Positions 1 through 11,728 of a DNA stretch of 64,000 nt are shown here, piece after piece (positions within the stretch are counted from its first letter, which is position 1; every line of letters starts with the position of its first letter). The stretch lies in NCBI RefSeq assembly GCF_044647545.1, contig NZ_CP172818.1; one strand, written 5' to 3'. The notes under the pieces were generated by a model. It was not told the DNA's origin. It did not search any database and saw nothing but the letters and a program-made list of their open reading frames with translations. A program made the position numbers and the translations under genes. Source of the stretch: Escherichia coli (lineage in GTDB: Bacteria > Pseudomonadota > Gammaproteobacteria > Enterobacterales > Enterobacteriaceae).

Positions 1-35
1 AACAACATTAAGGGTAATCCTTTAATAAATGTCAT
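1..35 (-). CDS. ybgP: Fimbrial periplasmic chaperone, 5' end only (gene continues left of the window)
   Basis: ATG at 35-33 on minus strand reads MTFIKGLPLML; lies 14 bp downstream of the ybgQ stop with an AGGA-like RBS; chaperone-usher operon context. Confidence 0.6.
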   Translation of the reverse strand, partial: MTFIKGLPLML

Positions 36-49
36 TCTCTTTTCCTTAA

Positions 50-2497
50 TTAATGACAAGGTAAAATCAGGCGTTTGGTCGTGTCTTCCAGACGTTCTGG
101 CAGATGAATAATGCAGCTTTGCTCACCCCAGACCACGGTAAACAGTTGATTTTCAGCGACACCGCTTAACCAGGCATGTCCTTCCTCGCCAACCATACCC
201 ACGCTAATGCCGCTGTCATCCTGGCGGATATCCGCACCGAGGGGAGGGAACTGACCGCTGGCGTTGCGTATGATGACGTTAACGTCTTTACCGGAACGGG
301 AAGCCAGTGATTTGTAACCTATCGCGCCTTCAATCCATGTTTCCTTGATGACGTTTTCTGCAACTGTTACGCCGTCGGGTAAGTCATTCATGTTCACCGC
401 CACGGTGGAAGGCTGGTAACTGGAAATCAACGGCACCACCGCAATGCCAAAATGGTTGGTGTAGTCGAGATTGCCCTGAACCGGAATATCTGCCACGCCA
501 TCGGTGCTGACCATCAGGCGTGGTTCATTGGTGGAGCTGCGGCGATGAAATGCTGCACCATATTGGGTTGCGGTGAAAGAACCGCTCCAGCTGCTGCTGA
601 CGGAACTGTAATCACTGGCGGCATAGGTACCAGAAATATCCCACTCACCCGCTGAACTCAGGTGCTGATAGTTACCGCTCACCTGGGCTCCATTGTCCGG
701 ACGATCGGATTGCAGTCCGGCAGACATGCCCCAGCTATTACGTTCATCCAGCGTATCGTTCCACGACATGCGGTGTATGGTGCTGTGGCTACTGTTTTGC
801 ATGTCATAGCCAACCCGACCACCGTTACCGAAGGGGAGCGAAATCGACAGATAAATCTGGTTGTCGCGATCTTTATCTTCGTAGTGGGTCGTATTGAATG
901 ACGTCGAAATCGAGATATCTCTCCAGTCACCAATATCAACATTAAAACCTGCTGTGATGTTGGCGGTCGTGGAGGCGTCTGCATTCCACCAGGTTTGATG
1001 TAGCAGGTTGGCGTAAAGATTGAGGTTTAGTGGGGTAATCGGTTGGCCCACGGATAAGCTGATCGTCTGTTTTTCGTCCTGCGCATCGCTGTCGTTGTAT
1101 TTGTGATCCAGATAGTTGGCGTAGCTGTGAAAATGACGATCTGAGAAGCGATAAGCGGCGAGCGAAATCGTGCTGTTGGTGGCATCCACTTGTTTGCTGT
1201 AATTAAAACGGTAGCTTAAGCCCCGCTCGTCCTGCTGAGTATCAAAATGGCTACTGGCCCAGGTGACATCAAAGGACAGTGCGCCAAGCCACAGCATATT
1301 TTGCCCGATACCCATTGCGGCAGAATGGTAGTCATCATCAGAAATCAGCAGGCCGCCGTACAGCGAGGTGTTTGAGAGCATCCCCCAGGAAACTTCATTG
1401 CTAAAAAAGGTTTCATTTTCAGTTTGATGTGACATGGAAGGCCGTGGCTGACCCGCGGCCAATTTATAGCGAACCTGTCCCTGGCGAGTCAGGAAGGGCG
1501 TCGATGCTGCCGAAACCTGGAAATTGTTCACCCGACCATCTTCTTCCGTCACTTTGACATCCAGCGTGCCCTGAACAGACTGATTGAGGTCATCAATAAT
1601 AAACGGGCCTGGCGGGACTTTTTTCTGGTAAATGACGCGGCCTGATTGACTGATCGTCACCGTGGCATTGGTCTGTGCAATACCGCTAATTTGTGGGGCG
1701 TAGCCACGCAGCTCCCACGGTAACATTCGATCGTCACTCGCCAGTGCCGCGCCGGTATAAGAAAAACCATCGAAAATATTGGAACTGAAATCGGTTTCGC
1801 CGAGGGTTAACTTAGAGCCTAATTGCGGTAATGGACGAAAAAGATAGGTGCGCGATATTCCGCCTGACTGGTCATGGTTATCTTCGCTATCGGTCTTATT
1901 AAGCTGGTAATCACTGCGTAAGCGCCATGCCCCGGCGTTAATTCCGGCGGTACCGTAGGCATTCAGGTTAGTGCTGCTGCTGCCGTCCTGTGGGCGGTAG
2001 CTGCTGGCAAACAAGTTGTAATCCATCAGGACACCGGCAACACCTTCTTTCCATGTAGAGGGGGGAGCCCAGTTTTCTGAGTGCCACGCCAGCCAGGCTT
2101 GCGGAATACTAATATTCAGTTGCTGATTGGCTTGATCGAAATTGAAGAGCATTTCAGGTCGGGAACTGAAATCAATACACCGATCTATCTGTGGCAAGGA
2201 CTGACGGATATCTGGTTTTAAACCAAATTTATCGACCAGTGAATCATTGATGCATGGAATGGTTTTGTCACCCTTTTTTTGCCAGTTAATTTTTTGCCCA
2301 TTACTGATTTTGTTGTTATTCACCGCAACGCTAACAAAATATTCACCGGGAGCAATGACTCCTTTTTCCTTTAATAATGAAATATCAATGCGGTCGCGCA
2401 TTGATTTATCGAGAACATTCAGATTGAATTCGACCGCCATTGCGCAAGGCATCGCCATGACCAGGCAGGATACAAAAGAGAGTCGATAAATATTCAC
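50..2497 (-). CDS. ybgQ: Outer-membrane fimbrial usher protein (815 aa from GTG; an in-frame ATG at 2506 is an alternative start)
   Basis: ORF track 50..2548; product recognised as PapC/FimD-type usher; ORF track N-terminal extension trimmed. Confidence 0.85.
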   Translation of the reverse strand: MNIYRLSFVSCLVMAMPCAMAVEFNLNVLDKSMRDRIDISLLKEKGVIAPGEYFVSVAVNNNKISNGQKINWQKKGDKTIPCINDSLVDKFGLKPDIRQSLPQIDRCIDFSSRPEMLFNFDQANQQLNISIPQAWLAWHSENWAPPSTWKEGVAGVLMDYNLFASSYRPQDGSSSTNLNAYGTAGINAGAWRLRSDYQLNKTDSEDNHDQSGGISRTYLFRPLPQLGSKLTLGETDFSSNIFDGFSYTGAALASDDRMLPWELRGYAPQISGIAQTNATVTISQSGRVIYQKKVPPGPFIIDDLNQSVQGTLDVKVTEEDGRVNNFQVSAASTPFLTRQGQVRYKLAAGQPRPSMSHQTENETFFSNEVSWGMLSNTSLYGGLLISDDDYHSAAMGIGQNMLWLGALSFDVTWASSHFDTQQDERGLSYRFNYSKQVDATNSTISLAAYRFSDRHFHSYANYLDHKYNDSDAQDEKQTISLSVGQPITPLNLNLYANLLHQTWWNADASTTANITAGFNVDIGDWRDISISTSFNTTHYEDKDRDNQIYLSISLPFGNGGRVGYDMQNSSHSTIHRMSWNDTLDERNSWGMSAGLQSDRPDNGAQVSGNYQHLSSAGEWDISGTYAASDYSSVSSSWSGSFTATQYGAAFHRRSSTNEPRLMVSTDGVADIPVQGNLDYTNHFGIAVVPLISSYQPSTVAVNMNDLPDGVTVAENVIKETWIEGAIGYKSLASRSGKDVNVIIRNASGQFPPLGADIRQDDSGISVGMVGEEGHAWLSGVAENQLFTVVWGEQSCIIHLPERLEDTTKRLILPCH

Positions 2498-2556
2498 GGT
2501 GTCCATACCTGATAAATATTTTATGAAAGGCGGCGATGATGCCGCCAAAATAATAC

Positions 2557-3123
2557 TTATTTATAATCCAGCACGTAGGTTGCGTTAGCGGTTACTTCAC
2601 CTGCCGTGACATCGACTGCATTATCAATTTGTTCCATCCAGGCGAAAAAGTTCAGCGTCTGTTCTGATGAGCTTGCATCCAGGTCAAGATCTGGCGCGGC
2701 TGAACCTAATACGATGTTACCGTCATTTTTGTCCATCAGTCGTACACCGACCCCAGTTGCTTCGCCTGCACTGGTGTTGCTCAACAAAGGCGTAGCACCA
2801 GTTGTCTTAGCCGTGCTATCGAAGGTTACGCCAACTTTGGATACCGGCATTCCGCTACCGTTGTCAGAAGCAGGCAGATCACAGTTGATCAAGCGAATGT
2901 CGACGGCCACTTTATTGCTATGATGCTCCCGGTTTATATGGGTTGTCGTGACTTGTCCAAGATCTATGTTTTTATCAATATCTTCTGGATGAATTTCACA
3001 AGGTGCTTCAATAACCTCCCCCTTAAAGTGAATTTCGCCAGAACCTTCATCAGCAGCATAAACAGGTGCAGTGAACAGCAGAGATACGGCCAGTGCGGCC
3101 AATGTTTTTTGTCCTTTAAACAT
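2557..3123 (-). CDS. ybgD: Fimbrial-like subunit protein, 188 aa, signal peptide
   Basis: ORF track 2557..3123; N-terminal signal peptide MFKGQKTLAALAVSLLFTAPVYA; first gene of chaperone-usher operon. Confidence 0.85.
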   Translation of the reverse strand: MFKGQKTLAALAVSLLFTAPVYAADEGSGEIHFKGEVIEAPCEIHPEDIDKNIDLGQVTTTHINREHHSNKVAVDIRLINCDLPASDNGSGMPVSKVGVTFDSTAKTTGATPLLSNTSAGEATGVGVRLMDKNDGNIVLGSAAPDLDLDASSSEQTLNFFAWMEQIDNAVDVTAGEVTANATYVLDYK

Positions 3124-3505
3124 AACAGAGTCCTTTAAGGATATAGAATAGGGGTATAGCTACGCCAGAATATCGTATTTGATTATTGCTAGTTTTTAGT
3201 TTTGCTTAAAAATATTGTTAGTTTTATTAAATGCAAAACTAAATTATTGGTATCATGAATTTGTTGTATGATGAATAAAATATAGGGGGGTATAGATAGA
3301 CGTCATTTTCATAGGGTTATAAATGCGACTACCATGAAGTTTTTAATTGAAAGTATTGGGTTGCTGATAATTTGAGCTGTTCTATTCTTTTTAAATATCT
3401 ATATAGGTCTGTTAATGGATTTAATTTTTACAATTTTTTATGTTCAGCCATATAAAAAGAACCCGCTCTATTAAAGGCGGGTCCGGAAAGTAAACGGCTT
3501 AGCAA

Positions 3506-4795
3506 TCAATCATTAACGCTTGATATCGCTTTTAAAGTCGCGTTTTTCATACCTGTGTAAAGCTGACGCGGACGGGCAATCTTCATACCGTCACTGTGCA
3601 TTTCGCTCCAGTGGGCGATCCAGCCAACGGTACGCGCCATCGCGAAGATCACGGTGAACATAGAAGACGGAATACCCATCGCTTTCAGGATGATACCAGA
3701 GTAGAAATCGACGTTCGGGTAGAGTTTCTTCTCGATAAAGTACGGGTCGTTCAGCGCGATGTTTTCCAGCTCCATAGCCACTTCCAGCAGGTCATCTTTG
3801 GTACCCAGCTCTTTCAGCACTTCATGGCAGGTTTCACGCATTACGGTGGCGCGCGGGTCGTAATTTTTGTACACGCGGTGCCCGAAGCCCATCAGGCGGA
3901 AAGAGTCATTTTTGTCTTTCGCACGACGAACAAATTCCGGAATGTGTTTAACGGAGCTGATTTCTTCCAGCATTTTCAGCGCCGCTTCGTTAGCACCACC
4001 GTGCGCAGGTCCCCACAGTGAAGCAATACCTGCTGCGATACAGGCAAACGGGTTCGCCCCCGAAGAGCCAGCGGTACGCACGGTGGAGGTAGAGGCGTTC
4101 TGTTCATGGTCAGCGTGCAGGATCAGAATACGGTCCATAGCACGTTCCAGAATCGGATTAACTTCATACGGTTCGCACGGCGTGGAGAACATCATATTCA
4201 GGAAGTTACCGGCATAGGAGAGATCGTTGCGCGGGTAAACGAATGGCTGACCAATGGAATACTTGTAACACATCGCGGCCATGGTCGGCATTTTCGACAG
4301 CAGGCGGAACGCGGCAATTTCACGATGACGAGGATTGTTAACATCCAGCGAGTCGTGATAGAACGCCGCCAGCGCGCCGGTAATACCACACATGACTGCC
4401 ATTGGATGCGAGTCGCGACGGAAAGCATGGAACAGACGGGTAATCTGCTCGTGGATCATGGTATGACGGGTCACCGTAGTTTTAAATTCGTCATACTGTT
4501 CCTGAGTTGGTTTTTCACCATTCAGCAGGATGTAACAAACTTCCAGGTAGTTAGAATCGGTCGCCAGCTGATCGATCGGGAAACCGCGGTGCAGCAAAAT
4601 ACCTTCATCACCATCAATAAAAGTAATTTTAGATTCGCAGGATGCGGTTGAAGTGAAGCCTGGGTCAAAGGTGAACACACCTTTTGAACCGAGAGTACGG
4701 ATATCAATAACATCTTGACCCAGCGTGCCTTTCAGCACATCCAGTTCAACAGCTGTGTCCCCGTTGAGGGTGAGTTTTGCTTTTGTATCAGCCAT
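3506..4795 (-). CDS. gltA: Citrate synthase, with a 1-nt deletion frameshifting the C-terminus (429 aa here vs canonical 427 aa)
   Basis: ORF track protein matches GltA through ...RPRQLYTG, then reads [14 protein letters not shown]; canonical [16 protein letters not shown] is present in the adjacent frame. Confidence 0.93.
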   Translation of the reverse strand: MADTKAKLTLNGDTAVELDVLKGTLGQDVIDIRTLGSKGVFTFDPGFTSTASCESKITFIDGDEGILLHRGFPIDQLATDSNYLEVCYILLNGEKPTQEQYDEFKTTVTRHTMIHEQITRLFHAFRRDSHPMAVMCGITGALAAFYHDSLDVNNPRHREIAAFRLLSKMPTMAAMCYKYSIGQPFVYPRNDLSYAGNFLNMMFSTPCEPYEVNPILERAMDRILILHADHEQNASTSTVRTAGSSGANPFACIAAGIASLWGPAHGGANEAALKMLEEISSVKHIPEFVRRAKDKNDSFRLMGFGHRVYKNYDPRATVMRETCHEVLKELGTKDDLLEVAMELENIALNDPYFIEKKLYPNVDFYSGIILKAMGIPSSMFTVIFAMARTVGWIAHWSEMHSDGMKIARPRQLYTGMKNATLKAISSVND

Positions 4796-5503
4796 TTAAG
4801 GTCTCCTTAGCGCCTTATTGCGTAAGACTGCCGGAACTTAAATTTGCCTTCGCACATCAACCTGGCTTTACCCGTTTGTTATTTGGCTCGCCGCTCTGTG
4901 AAAGAGGGGAAAACCTGGGTACAGAGCTCTGGGCGCTTGCAGGTAAAGGATCCATTGATGACGAATAAATGGCGAATCAAGTACTTAGCAATCCGAATTA
5001 TTAAACTTGTCTACCACTAATAACTGTCCCGAATGAATTGGTCAATACTTCCACACTGTTACATAAGTTAATCTTAGGTGAAATACCGACTTCATAACTT
5101 TTACGCATTATATGCTTTTCCTGGTAATGTTTGTAACAACTTTGTTGAATGATTGTCAAATTAGATGATTAAAAATTAAATAAATGTTGTTATCGTGACC
5201 TGGATCACTGTTCAGGATAAAACCCGACAAACTATATGTAGGTTAATTGTAATGATTTTGTGAACGGCCTATACTGCCGCCAGGTCTCCGGAACACCCTG
5301 CAATCCCGAGCCACCCAGCGTTGTAACGTGTCGTTTTCGCATCTGGAAGCAGTGTTTTGCATGACGCGCAGTTATAGAAAGGACGCTGTCTGACCCGCAA
5401 GCAGACCGGAGGAAGGAAATCCCGACGTCTCCTGGTAACAGAAAGTTAACCTCTGTGCCCGTAGTCCCCAGGGAATAATAAGAACAGCATGTGGGCGTTA
5501 TTC

Positions 5504-5893
5504 ATGATAAGAAATGTGAAAAAACAAAGACCTGTTAATCTGGACCTACAGACCATCCGGTTCCCCGTCACGGCGATAGCGTCCATTCTCCATCGCGTTT
5601 CCGGTGTGATCACCTTTGTTGCAGTGGGCATCCTGCTGTGGCTTCTGGGTACCAGCCTCTCTTCCCCTGAAGGTTTCGAGCAAGCTTCTGCGATTATGGG
5701 CAGCTTCTTCGTCAAATTTATCATGTGGGGCATCCTTACCGCTCTGGCGTATCACGTCGTCGTAGGTATTCGCCACATGATGATGGATTTTGGCTATCTG
5801 GAAGAAACATTCGAAGCGGGTAAACGCTCCGCCAAAATCTCCTTTGTTATTACTGTCGTGCTTTCACTTCTCGCAGGAGTCCTCGTATGGTAA
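5504..5893 (+). CDS. sdhC: Succinate dehydrogenase cytochrome b556 large membrane subunit
   Basis: ORF track 5489..5893; canonical start [15 protein letters not shown] at 5504; 129 aa. Confidence 0.95.
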
Positions 5894-6234
5894 GCAACGC
5901 CTCCGCATTAGGACGCAATGGCGTACATGATTTCATCCTCGTTCGCGCTACCGCTATCGTCCTGACGCTGTACATCATTTATATGGTCGGTTTTTTCGCT
6001 ACCAGTGGCGAGCTGACATATGAAGTCTGGATTGGTTTCTTCGCCTCTGCGTTCACCAAAGTGTTCACCCTGCTGGCGCTGTTTTCTATCTTGATTCATG
6101 CCTGGATCGGCATGTGGCAGGTGTTGACCGACTACGTTAAACCGCTGGCCTTGCGCCTGATGCTGCAACTGGTGATTGTCGTTGCTCTGGTGGTTTACGT
6201 GATTTATGGATTCGTTGTGGTGTGGGGTGTGTGA
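5887..6234 (+). CDS. sdhD: Succinate dehydrogenase hydrophobic membrane anchor subunit
   Basis: ORF track 5887..6234; 115 aa; overlaps sdhC end and sdhA start (TGATG). Confidence 0.95.
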
Positions 6235-8000
6235 TGAAATTGCCAGTCAGAGAATTTGATGCAGTTGTGATTGGTGCCGGTGGCGCAGGTATGCGCGCGG
6301 CGCTGCAAATTTCCCAGAGCGGTCAGACCTGTGCGCTGCTCTCTAAAGTCTTCCCGACCCGTTCCCATACCGTGTCTGCGCAAGGCGGCATTACCGTTGC
6401 GCTGGGTAATACCCATGAAGATAACTGGGAATGGCATATGTACGACACCGTAAAAGGTTCGGACTATATCGGTGACCAGGACGCAATTGAATATATGTGT
6501 AAAACCGGGCCGGAAGCGATTCTGGAACTCGAACACATGGGCCTGCCGTTCTCGCGCCTTGATGATGGTCGTATCTATCAACGTCCGTTTGGCGGCCAGT
6601 CGAAAAACTTCGGCGGCGAGCAGGCGGCACGCACTGCGGCGGCAGCTGACCGTACCGGTCACGCACTGTTGCACACCCTTTATCAGCAGAACCTGAAAAA
6701 CCATACAACCATTTTCTCCGAGTGGTATGCGCTGGATCTGGTGAAGAACCAGGATGGCGCAGTGGTCGGTTGTACCGCATTGTGCATCGAAACTGGTGAA
6801 GTGGTTTATTTCAAAGCCCGCGCTACCGTGCTGGCGACTGGCGGGGCAGGGCGTATTTATCAGTCCACCACTAACGCCCACATTAACACTGGCGACGGCG
6901 TCGGCATGGCTATCCGCGCAGGCGTACCGGTGCAGGATATGGAAATGTGGCAGTTCCACCCGACCGGCATTGCAGGTGCGGGCGTACTGGTCACCGAAGG
7001 TTGCCGTGGTGAAGGCGGTTATCTGCTGAACAAACATGGCGAACGCTTTATGGAGCGTTATGCGCCGAACGCCAAAGACCTGGCGGGCCGTGACGTGGTG
7101 GCGCGTTCCATCATGATCGAAATCCGTGAAGGTCGCGGCTGTGATGGTCCGTGGGGGCCACACGCGAAACTGAAACTCGATCACCTGGGTAAAGAAGTTC
7201 TCGAATCCCGTCTGCCGGGTATTCTGGAACTCTCCCGTACCTTCGCTCACGTTGATCCGGTGAAAGAGCCGATTCCGGTTATCCCAACCTGTCACTACAT
7301 GATGGGCGGTATTCCGACCAAAGTGACCGGTCAGGCGCTGACGGTGAACGAGAAAGGCGAAGATGTGGTTGTTCCGGGGCTGTTTGCCGTTGGTGAAATC
7401 GCTTGTGTATCGGTACACGGCGCTAACCGTCTGGGCGGCAACTCGCTGCTGGACCTGGTGGTCTTTGGTCGCGCAGCGGGTCTGCATCTGCAAGAGTCTA
7501 TCGCCGAGCAGGGCGCACTGCGCGATGCCAGCGAGTCTGATGTTGAAGCGTCTCTGGATCGCCTGAACCGCTGGAACAATAACCGTAACGGTGAAGATCC
7601 GGTGGCGATCCGTAAAGCACTGCAAGAATGTATGCAGCATAACTTCTCGGTCTTCCGTGAAGGTGATGCGATGGCGAAAGGGCTTGAGCAGTTGAAAGTT
7701 ATCCGCGAGCGTCTGAAAAATGCCCGTCTGGATGACACTTCCAGCGAGTTCAACACCCAGCGCGTTGAGTGCCTGGAACTGGATAACCTGATGGAAACGG
7801 CGTATGCAACGGCTGTTTCTGCCAACTTCCGTACCGAAAGCCGTGGCGCGCATAGCCGCTTCGACTTCCCGGATCGCGATGATGAAAACTGGCTGTGCCA
7901 CTCCCTGTATCTGCCAGAGTCGGAATCCATGACGCGCCGAAGCGTCAACATGGAACCGAAACTGCGCCCGGCATTCCCGCCGAAGATTCGTACTTACTAA
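6234..8000 (+). CDS. sdhA: Succinate dehydrogenase flavoprotein subunit
   Basis: ORF track 6222..8000; start [19 protein letters not shown] with FAD-binding motif; 588 aa. Confidence 0.96.
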   Translation: MKLPVREFDAVVIGAGGAGMRAALQISQSGQTCALLSKVFPTRSHTVSAQGGITVALGNTHEDNWEWHMYDTVKGSDYIGDQDAIEYMCKTGPEAILELEHMGLPFSRLDDGRIYQRPFGGQSKNFGGEQAARTAAAADRTGHALLHTLYQQNLKNHTTIFSEWYALDLVKNQDGAVVGCTALCIETGEVVYFKARATVLATGGAGRIYQSTTNAHINTGDGVGMAIRAGVPVQDMEMWQFHPTGIAGAGVLVTEGCRGEGGYLLNKHGERFMERYAPNAKDLAGRDVVARSIMIEIREGRGCDGPWGPHAKLKLDHLGKEVLESRLPGILELSRTFAHVDPVKEPIPVIPTCHYMMGGIPTKVTGQALTVNEKGEDVVVPGLFAVGEIACVSVHGANRLGGNSLLDLVVFGRAAGLHLQESIAEQGALRDASESDVEASLDRLNRWNNNRNGEDPVAIRKALQECMQHNFSVFREGDAMAKGLEQLKVIRERLKNARLDDTSSEFNTQRVECLELDNLMETAYATAVSANFRTESRGAHSRFDFPDRDDENWLCHSLYLPESESMTRRSVNMEPKLRPAFPPKIRTY

Positions 8001-8015
8001 TGCGGAGACAGGAAA

Positions 8016-8732
8016 ATGAGACTCGAGTTTTCAATTTATCGCTATAACCCGGATGTTGATGATGCTCCGCGTATGCAGGATTACACCCTGGAAGCGGAAG
8101 AAGGTCGCGACATGATGCTGCTGGATGCGCTTATCCAGCTGAAAGAGAAAGATCCCAGCCTGTCGTTCCGTCGCTCCTGCCGTGAAGGTGTGTGCGGTTC
8201 CGACGGTCTGAACATGAACGGTAAGAATGGTCTGGCCTGTATTACCCCGATTTCGGCACTCAACCAGCCGGGCAAGAAGATTGTGATTCGCCCGCTGCCA
8301 GGTTTACCGGTGATCCGCGATTTGGTGGTAGACATGGGACAATTCTATGCGCAATATGAGAAAATTAAGCCTTACCTGTTGAATAATGGACAAAATCCGC
8401 CAGCTCGCGAGCATTTACAGATGCCAGAGCAGCGCGAAAAACTCGACGGGTTGTATGAATGTATTCTCTGCGCATGTTGTTCAACCTCTTGTCCGTCTTT
8501 CTGGTGGAATCCCGATAAGTTTATCGGCCCGGCAGGCTTGTTAGCGGCATATCGTTTCCTGATCGATAGCCGTGATACCGAGACTGACAGCCGCCTCGAC
8601 GGTTTGAGCGATGCATTCAGTGTATTCCGCTGTCACAGCATCATGAACTGCGTCAGTGTATGTCCGAAGGGGCTGAACCCGACGCGCGCCATCGGCCATA
8701 TCAAGTCGATGTTGTTGCAACGTAATGCGTAA
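8016..8732 (+). CDS. sdhB: Succinate dehydrogenase iron-sulfur subunit
   Basis: ORF track; 238 aa; Cys clusters CxxxxCxxC and CxxCxxCxxxCP. Confidence 0.96.
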   Translation: MRLEFSIYRYNPDVDDAPRMQDYTLEAEEGRDMMLLDALIQLKEKDPSLSFRRSCREGVCGSDGLNMNGKNGLACITPISALNQPGKKIVIRPLPGLPVIRDLVVDMGQFYAQYEKIKPYLLNNGQNPPAREHLQMPEQREKLDGLYECILCACCSTSCPSFWWNPDKFIGPAGLLAAYRFLIDSRDTETDSRLDGLSDAFSVFRCHSIMNCVSVCPKGLNPTRAIGHIKSMLLQRNA

Positions 8733-8912
8733 TTAATGTCGGGAATTCAGGAAATCTTTAAAAACTGCCCCTGACACTAAGACAGTTTTTAAAGGTTCCT
8801 TCGCGAGCCACTACGTAGACAAGAGCTCGCAAGTGAACCCCGGCACGCACATCACTGTGCGTGGTAGTATCCACGGCGAAGTAAGCATAAAAAAGATGCT
8901 TAAGGGATCACG

Positions 8913-11714
8913 ATGCAGAACAGCGCTTTGAAAGCCTGGTTGGACTCTTCTTACCTCTCTGGCGCAAACCAGAGCTGGATAGAACAGCTCTATGAAGACT
9001 TCTTAACCGATCCTGACTCGGTTGACGCTAACTGGCGTTCGACGTTCCAGCAGTTACCTGGTACGGGAGTCAAACCGGATCAATTCCACTCTCAAACGCG
9101 TGAATATTTCCGCCGCCTGGCGAAAGACGCTTCACGTTACTCTTCAACGATCTCCGACCCTGACACCAATGTGAAGCAGGTTAAAGTCCTGCAGCTCATT
9201 AACGCATACCGCTTCCGTGGTCACCAGCATGCGAATCTCGATCCGCTGGGACTGTGGCAGCAAGATAAAGTGGCCGATCTGGATCCGTCTTTCCACGATC
9301 TGACCGAAGCAGACTTCCAGGAGACCTTCAACGTCGGTTCATTTGCCAGCGGCAAAGAAACCATGAAACTCGGCGAGCTGCTGGAAGCCCTCAAGCAAAC
9401 CTACTGCGGCCCGATTGGTGCCGAGTATATGCACATCACCAGCACCGAAGAAAAACGCTGGATCCAACAGCGTATCGAGTCTGGTCGCGCGACTTTCAAT
9501 AGCGAAGAGAAAAAACGCTTCTTAAGCGAACTGACCGCCGCTGAAGGCCTTGAACGTTACCTCGGCGCAAAATTCCCTGGCGCAAAACGCTTCTCGCTGG
9601 AAGGCGGTGACGCGTTAATCCCGATGCTTAAAGAGATGATCCGCCACGCTGGCAACAGCGGCACCCGCGAAGTGGTTCTCGGGATGGCGCACCGTGGTCG
9701 TCTGAACGTGCTGGTGAACGTGCTGGGTAAAAAACCGCAAGACTTGTTCGACGAGTTTGCCGGTAAACATAAAGAACACCTCGGCACGGGCGACGTGAAA
9801 TACCACATGGGCTTCTCGTCTGACTTCCAGACCGATGGCGGCCTGGTGCACCTGGCGCTGGCGTTTAACCCGTCTCACCTTGAGATTGTCAGCCCGGTAG
9901 TTATCGGTTCTGTTCGTGCCCGTCTGGACAGACTCGATGAGCCGAGCAGCAACAAAGTGCTGCCAATCACCATCCACGGTGACGCCGCAGTGACCGGGCA
10001 GGGCGTGGTTCAGGAAACCCTGAACATGTCGAAAGCGCGTGGTTATGAAGTTGGCGGTACGGTACGTATCGTTATCAACAACCAGGTTGGCTTCACCACC
10101 TCTAACCCGCTGGATGCCCGTTCGACGCCGTACTGTACTGATATCGGTAAGATGGTTCAGGCACCGATTTTCCACGTTAATGCGGATGATCCGGAAGCCG
10201 TTGCCTTTGTTACCCGTCTGGCGCTCGATTTCCGTAACACCTTTAAACGTGATGTCTTCATCGACCTGGTATGCTACCGCCGTCACGGCCACAACGAAGC
10301 CGACGAGCCGAGCGCAACCCAGCCGCTGATGTATCAGAAAATCAAAAAACATCCGACGCCGCGCAAAATCTACGCTGACAAGCTGGAGCAGGAAAAAGTC
10401 GCGACGCTGGAAGATGCCACCGAGATGGTTAACCTGTACCGCGATGCGCTGGATGCTGGCGATTGCGTGGTAGCAGAGTGGCGTCCGATGAACATGCACT
10501 CCTTCACCTGGTCGCCGTACCTCAACCACGAATGGGACGAAGAGTACCCGAACAAAGTTGAGATGAAGCGCCTGCAGGAGTTGGCTAAACGCATCAGTAC
10601 GGTGCCGGAAGCCATTGAAATGCAGTCTCGCGTTGCCAAGATTTATGGCGACCGTCAGGCGATGGCAGCCGGTGAAAAACTGTTCGACTGGGGCGGCGCG
10701 GAAAACCTCGCTTACGCCACGCTGGTTGACGAAGGCATTCCGGTTCGCCTGTCGGGTGAAGACTCCGGTCGCGGTACCTTCTTCCACCGCCACGCGGTGA
10801 TCCACAACCAGTCTAACGGTTCAACTTACACGCCGCTGCAACATATCCATAACGGTCAGGGCGCGTTCCGTGTCTGGGATTCCGTACTGTCAGAAGAAGC
10901 CGTGCTGGCGTTTGAATACGGTTATGCCACCGCAGAACCGCGCACACTGACTATCTGGGAAGCACAGTTCGGTGACTTTGCCAACGGTGCTCAGGTGGTT
11001 ATCGACCAGTTCATCTCTTCTGGCGAGCAGAAATGGGGCCGGATGTGTGGCCTGGTGATGTTGTTGCCGCACGGTTACGAAGGGCAGGGGCCGGAGCACT
11101 CCTCCGCGCGTCTGGAACGTTATCTGCAACTTTGCGCTGAGCAAAACATGCAGGTGTGCGTACCGTCTACCCCGGCACAGGTTTACCACATGCTGCGTCG
11201 TCAGGCGCTGCGCGGGATGCGTCGTCCGCTGGTCGTGATGTCGCCGAAATCCCTGCTGCGTCATCCGCTGGCGGTTTCCAGCCTCGAAGAACTGGCGAAC
11301 GGCACCTTCCTGCCAGCCATCGGTGAAATCGACGAGCTTGATCCGAAGGGCGTGAAGCGCGTAGTGATGTGTTCTGGTAAGGTTTATTACGACCTGCTGG
11401 AACAACGTCGTAAGAACAATCAACACGATGTCGCCATTGTGCGTATCGAGCAACTCTACCCGTTCCCGCATAAAGCGATGCAGGAAGTGTTGCAGCAGTT
11501 TGCTCACGTCAAGGATTTTGTCTGGTGCCAGGAAGAGCCGCTCAATCAGGGCGCATGGTACTGCAGCCAGCATCATTTCCGTGAAGTGATTCCGTTTGGG
11601 GCTTCTCTGCGTTATGCAGGCCGCCCGGCCTCCGCCTCTCCGGCGGTAGGGTATATGTCCGTTCACCAGAAACAGCAACAAGATCTGGTTAATGACGCGC
11701 TGAACGTCGAATAA
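8913..11714 (+). CDS. sucA: 2-oxoglutarate dehydrogenase E1 component
   Basis: ORF track; 933 aa; recognised SucA sequence. Confidence 0.96.
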   Translation: MQNSALKAWLDSSYLSGANQSWIEQLYEDFLTDPDSVDANWRSTFQQLPGTGVKPDQFHSQTREYFRRLAKDASRYSSTISDPDTNVKQVKVLQLINAYRFRGHQHANLDPLGLWQQDKVADLDPSFHDLTEADFQETFNVGSFASGKETMKLGELLEALKQTYCGPIGAEYMHITSTEEKRWIQQRIESGRATFNSEEKKRFLSELTAAEGLERYLGAKFPGAKRFSLEGGDALIPMLKEMIRHAGNSGTREVVLGMAHRGRLNVLVNVLGKKPQDLFDEFAGKHKEHLGTGDVKYHMGFSSDFQTDGGLVHLALAFNPSHLEIVSPVVIGSVRARLDRLDEPSSNKVLPITIHGDAAVTGQGVVQETLNMSKARGYEVGGTVRIVINNQVGFTTSNPLDARSTPYCTDIGKMVQAPIFHVNADDPEAVAFVTRLALDFRNTFKRDVFIDLVCYRRHGHNEADEPSATQPLMYQKIKKHPTPRKIYADKLEQEKVATLEDATEMVNLYRDALDAGDCVVAEWRPMNMHSFTWSPYLNHEWDEEYPNKVEMKRLQELAKRISTVPEAIEMQSRVAKIYGDRQAMAAGEKLFDWGGAENLAYATLVDEGIPVRLSGEDSGRGTFFHRHAVIHNQSNGSTYTPLQHIHNGQGAFRVWDSVLSEEAVLAFEYGYATAEPRTLTIWEAQFGDFANGAQVVIDQFISSGEQKWGRMCGLVMLLPHGYEGQGPEHSSARLERYLQLCAEQNMQVCVPSTPAQVYHMLRRQALRGMRRPLVVMSPKSLLRHPLAVSSLEELANGTFLPAIGEIDELDPKGVKRVVMCSGKVYYDLLEQRRKNNQHDVAIVRIEQLYPFPHKAMQEVLQQFAHVKDFVWCQEEPLNQGAWYCSQHHFREVIPFGASLRYAGRPASASPAVGYMSVHQKQQQDLVNDALNVE

Positions 11715-11728
11715 ATAAAGGATACACA

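Noticed and set aside
5489-5503. N-terminal extensions in ORF-track calls (sdhC, sdhA, cydA, tolB, pal, gpmA, galE, modF, ybhA, ybhD, ybhJ, bioA, bioC, bioD, ybgQ)
   Set aside because: The track reports the longest ORF; the recognised protein N-termini begin at internal start codons with better RBS spacing, so I trimmed them.
6204-7901. 565-aa ORF on the minus strand antisense to sdhA
   Set aside because: Lies entirely within a recognised, highly conserved gene on the other strand; His/Arg/Thr-rich nonsense translation typical of antisense frames in GC-rich, codon-biased genes.
9615-10805. 396-aa antisense ORF inside sucA
   Set aside because: Same reasoning; no RBS or start context, sits inside a recognised gene.
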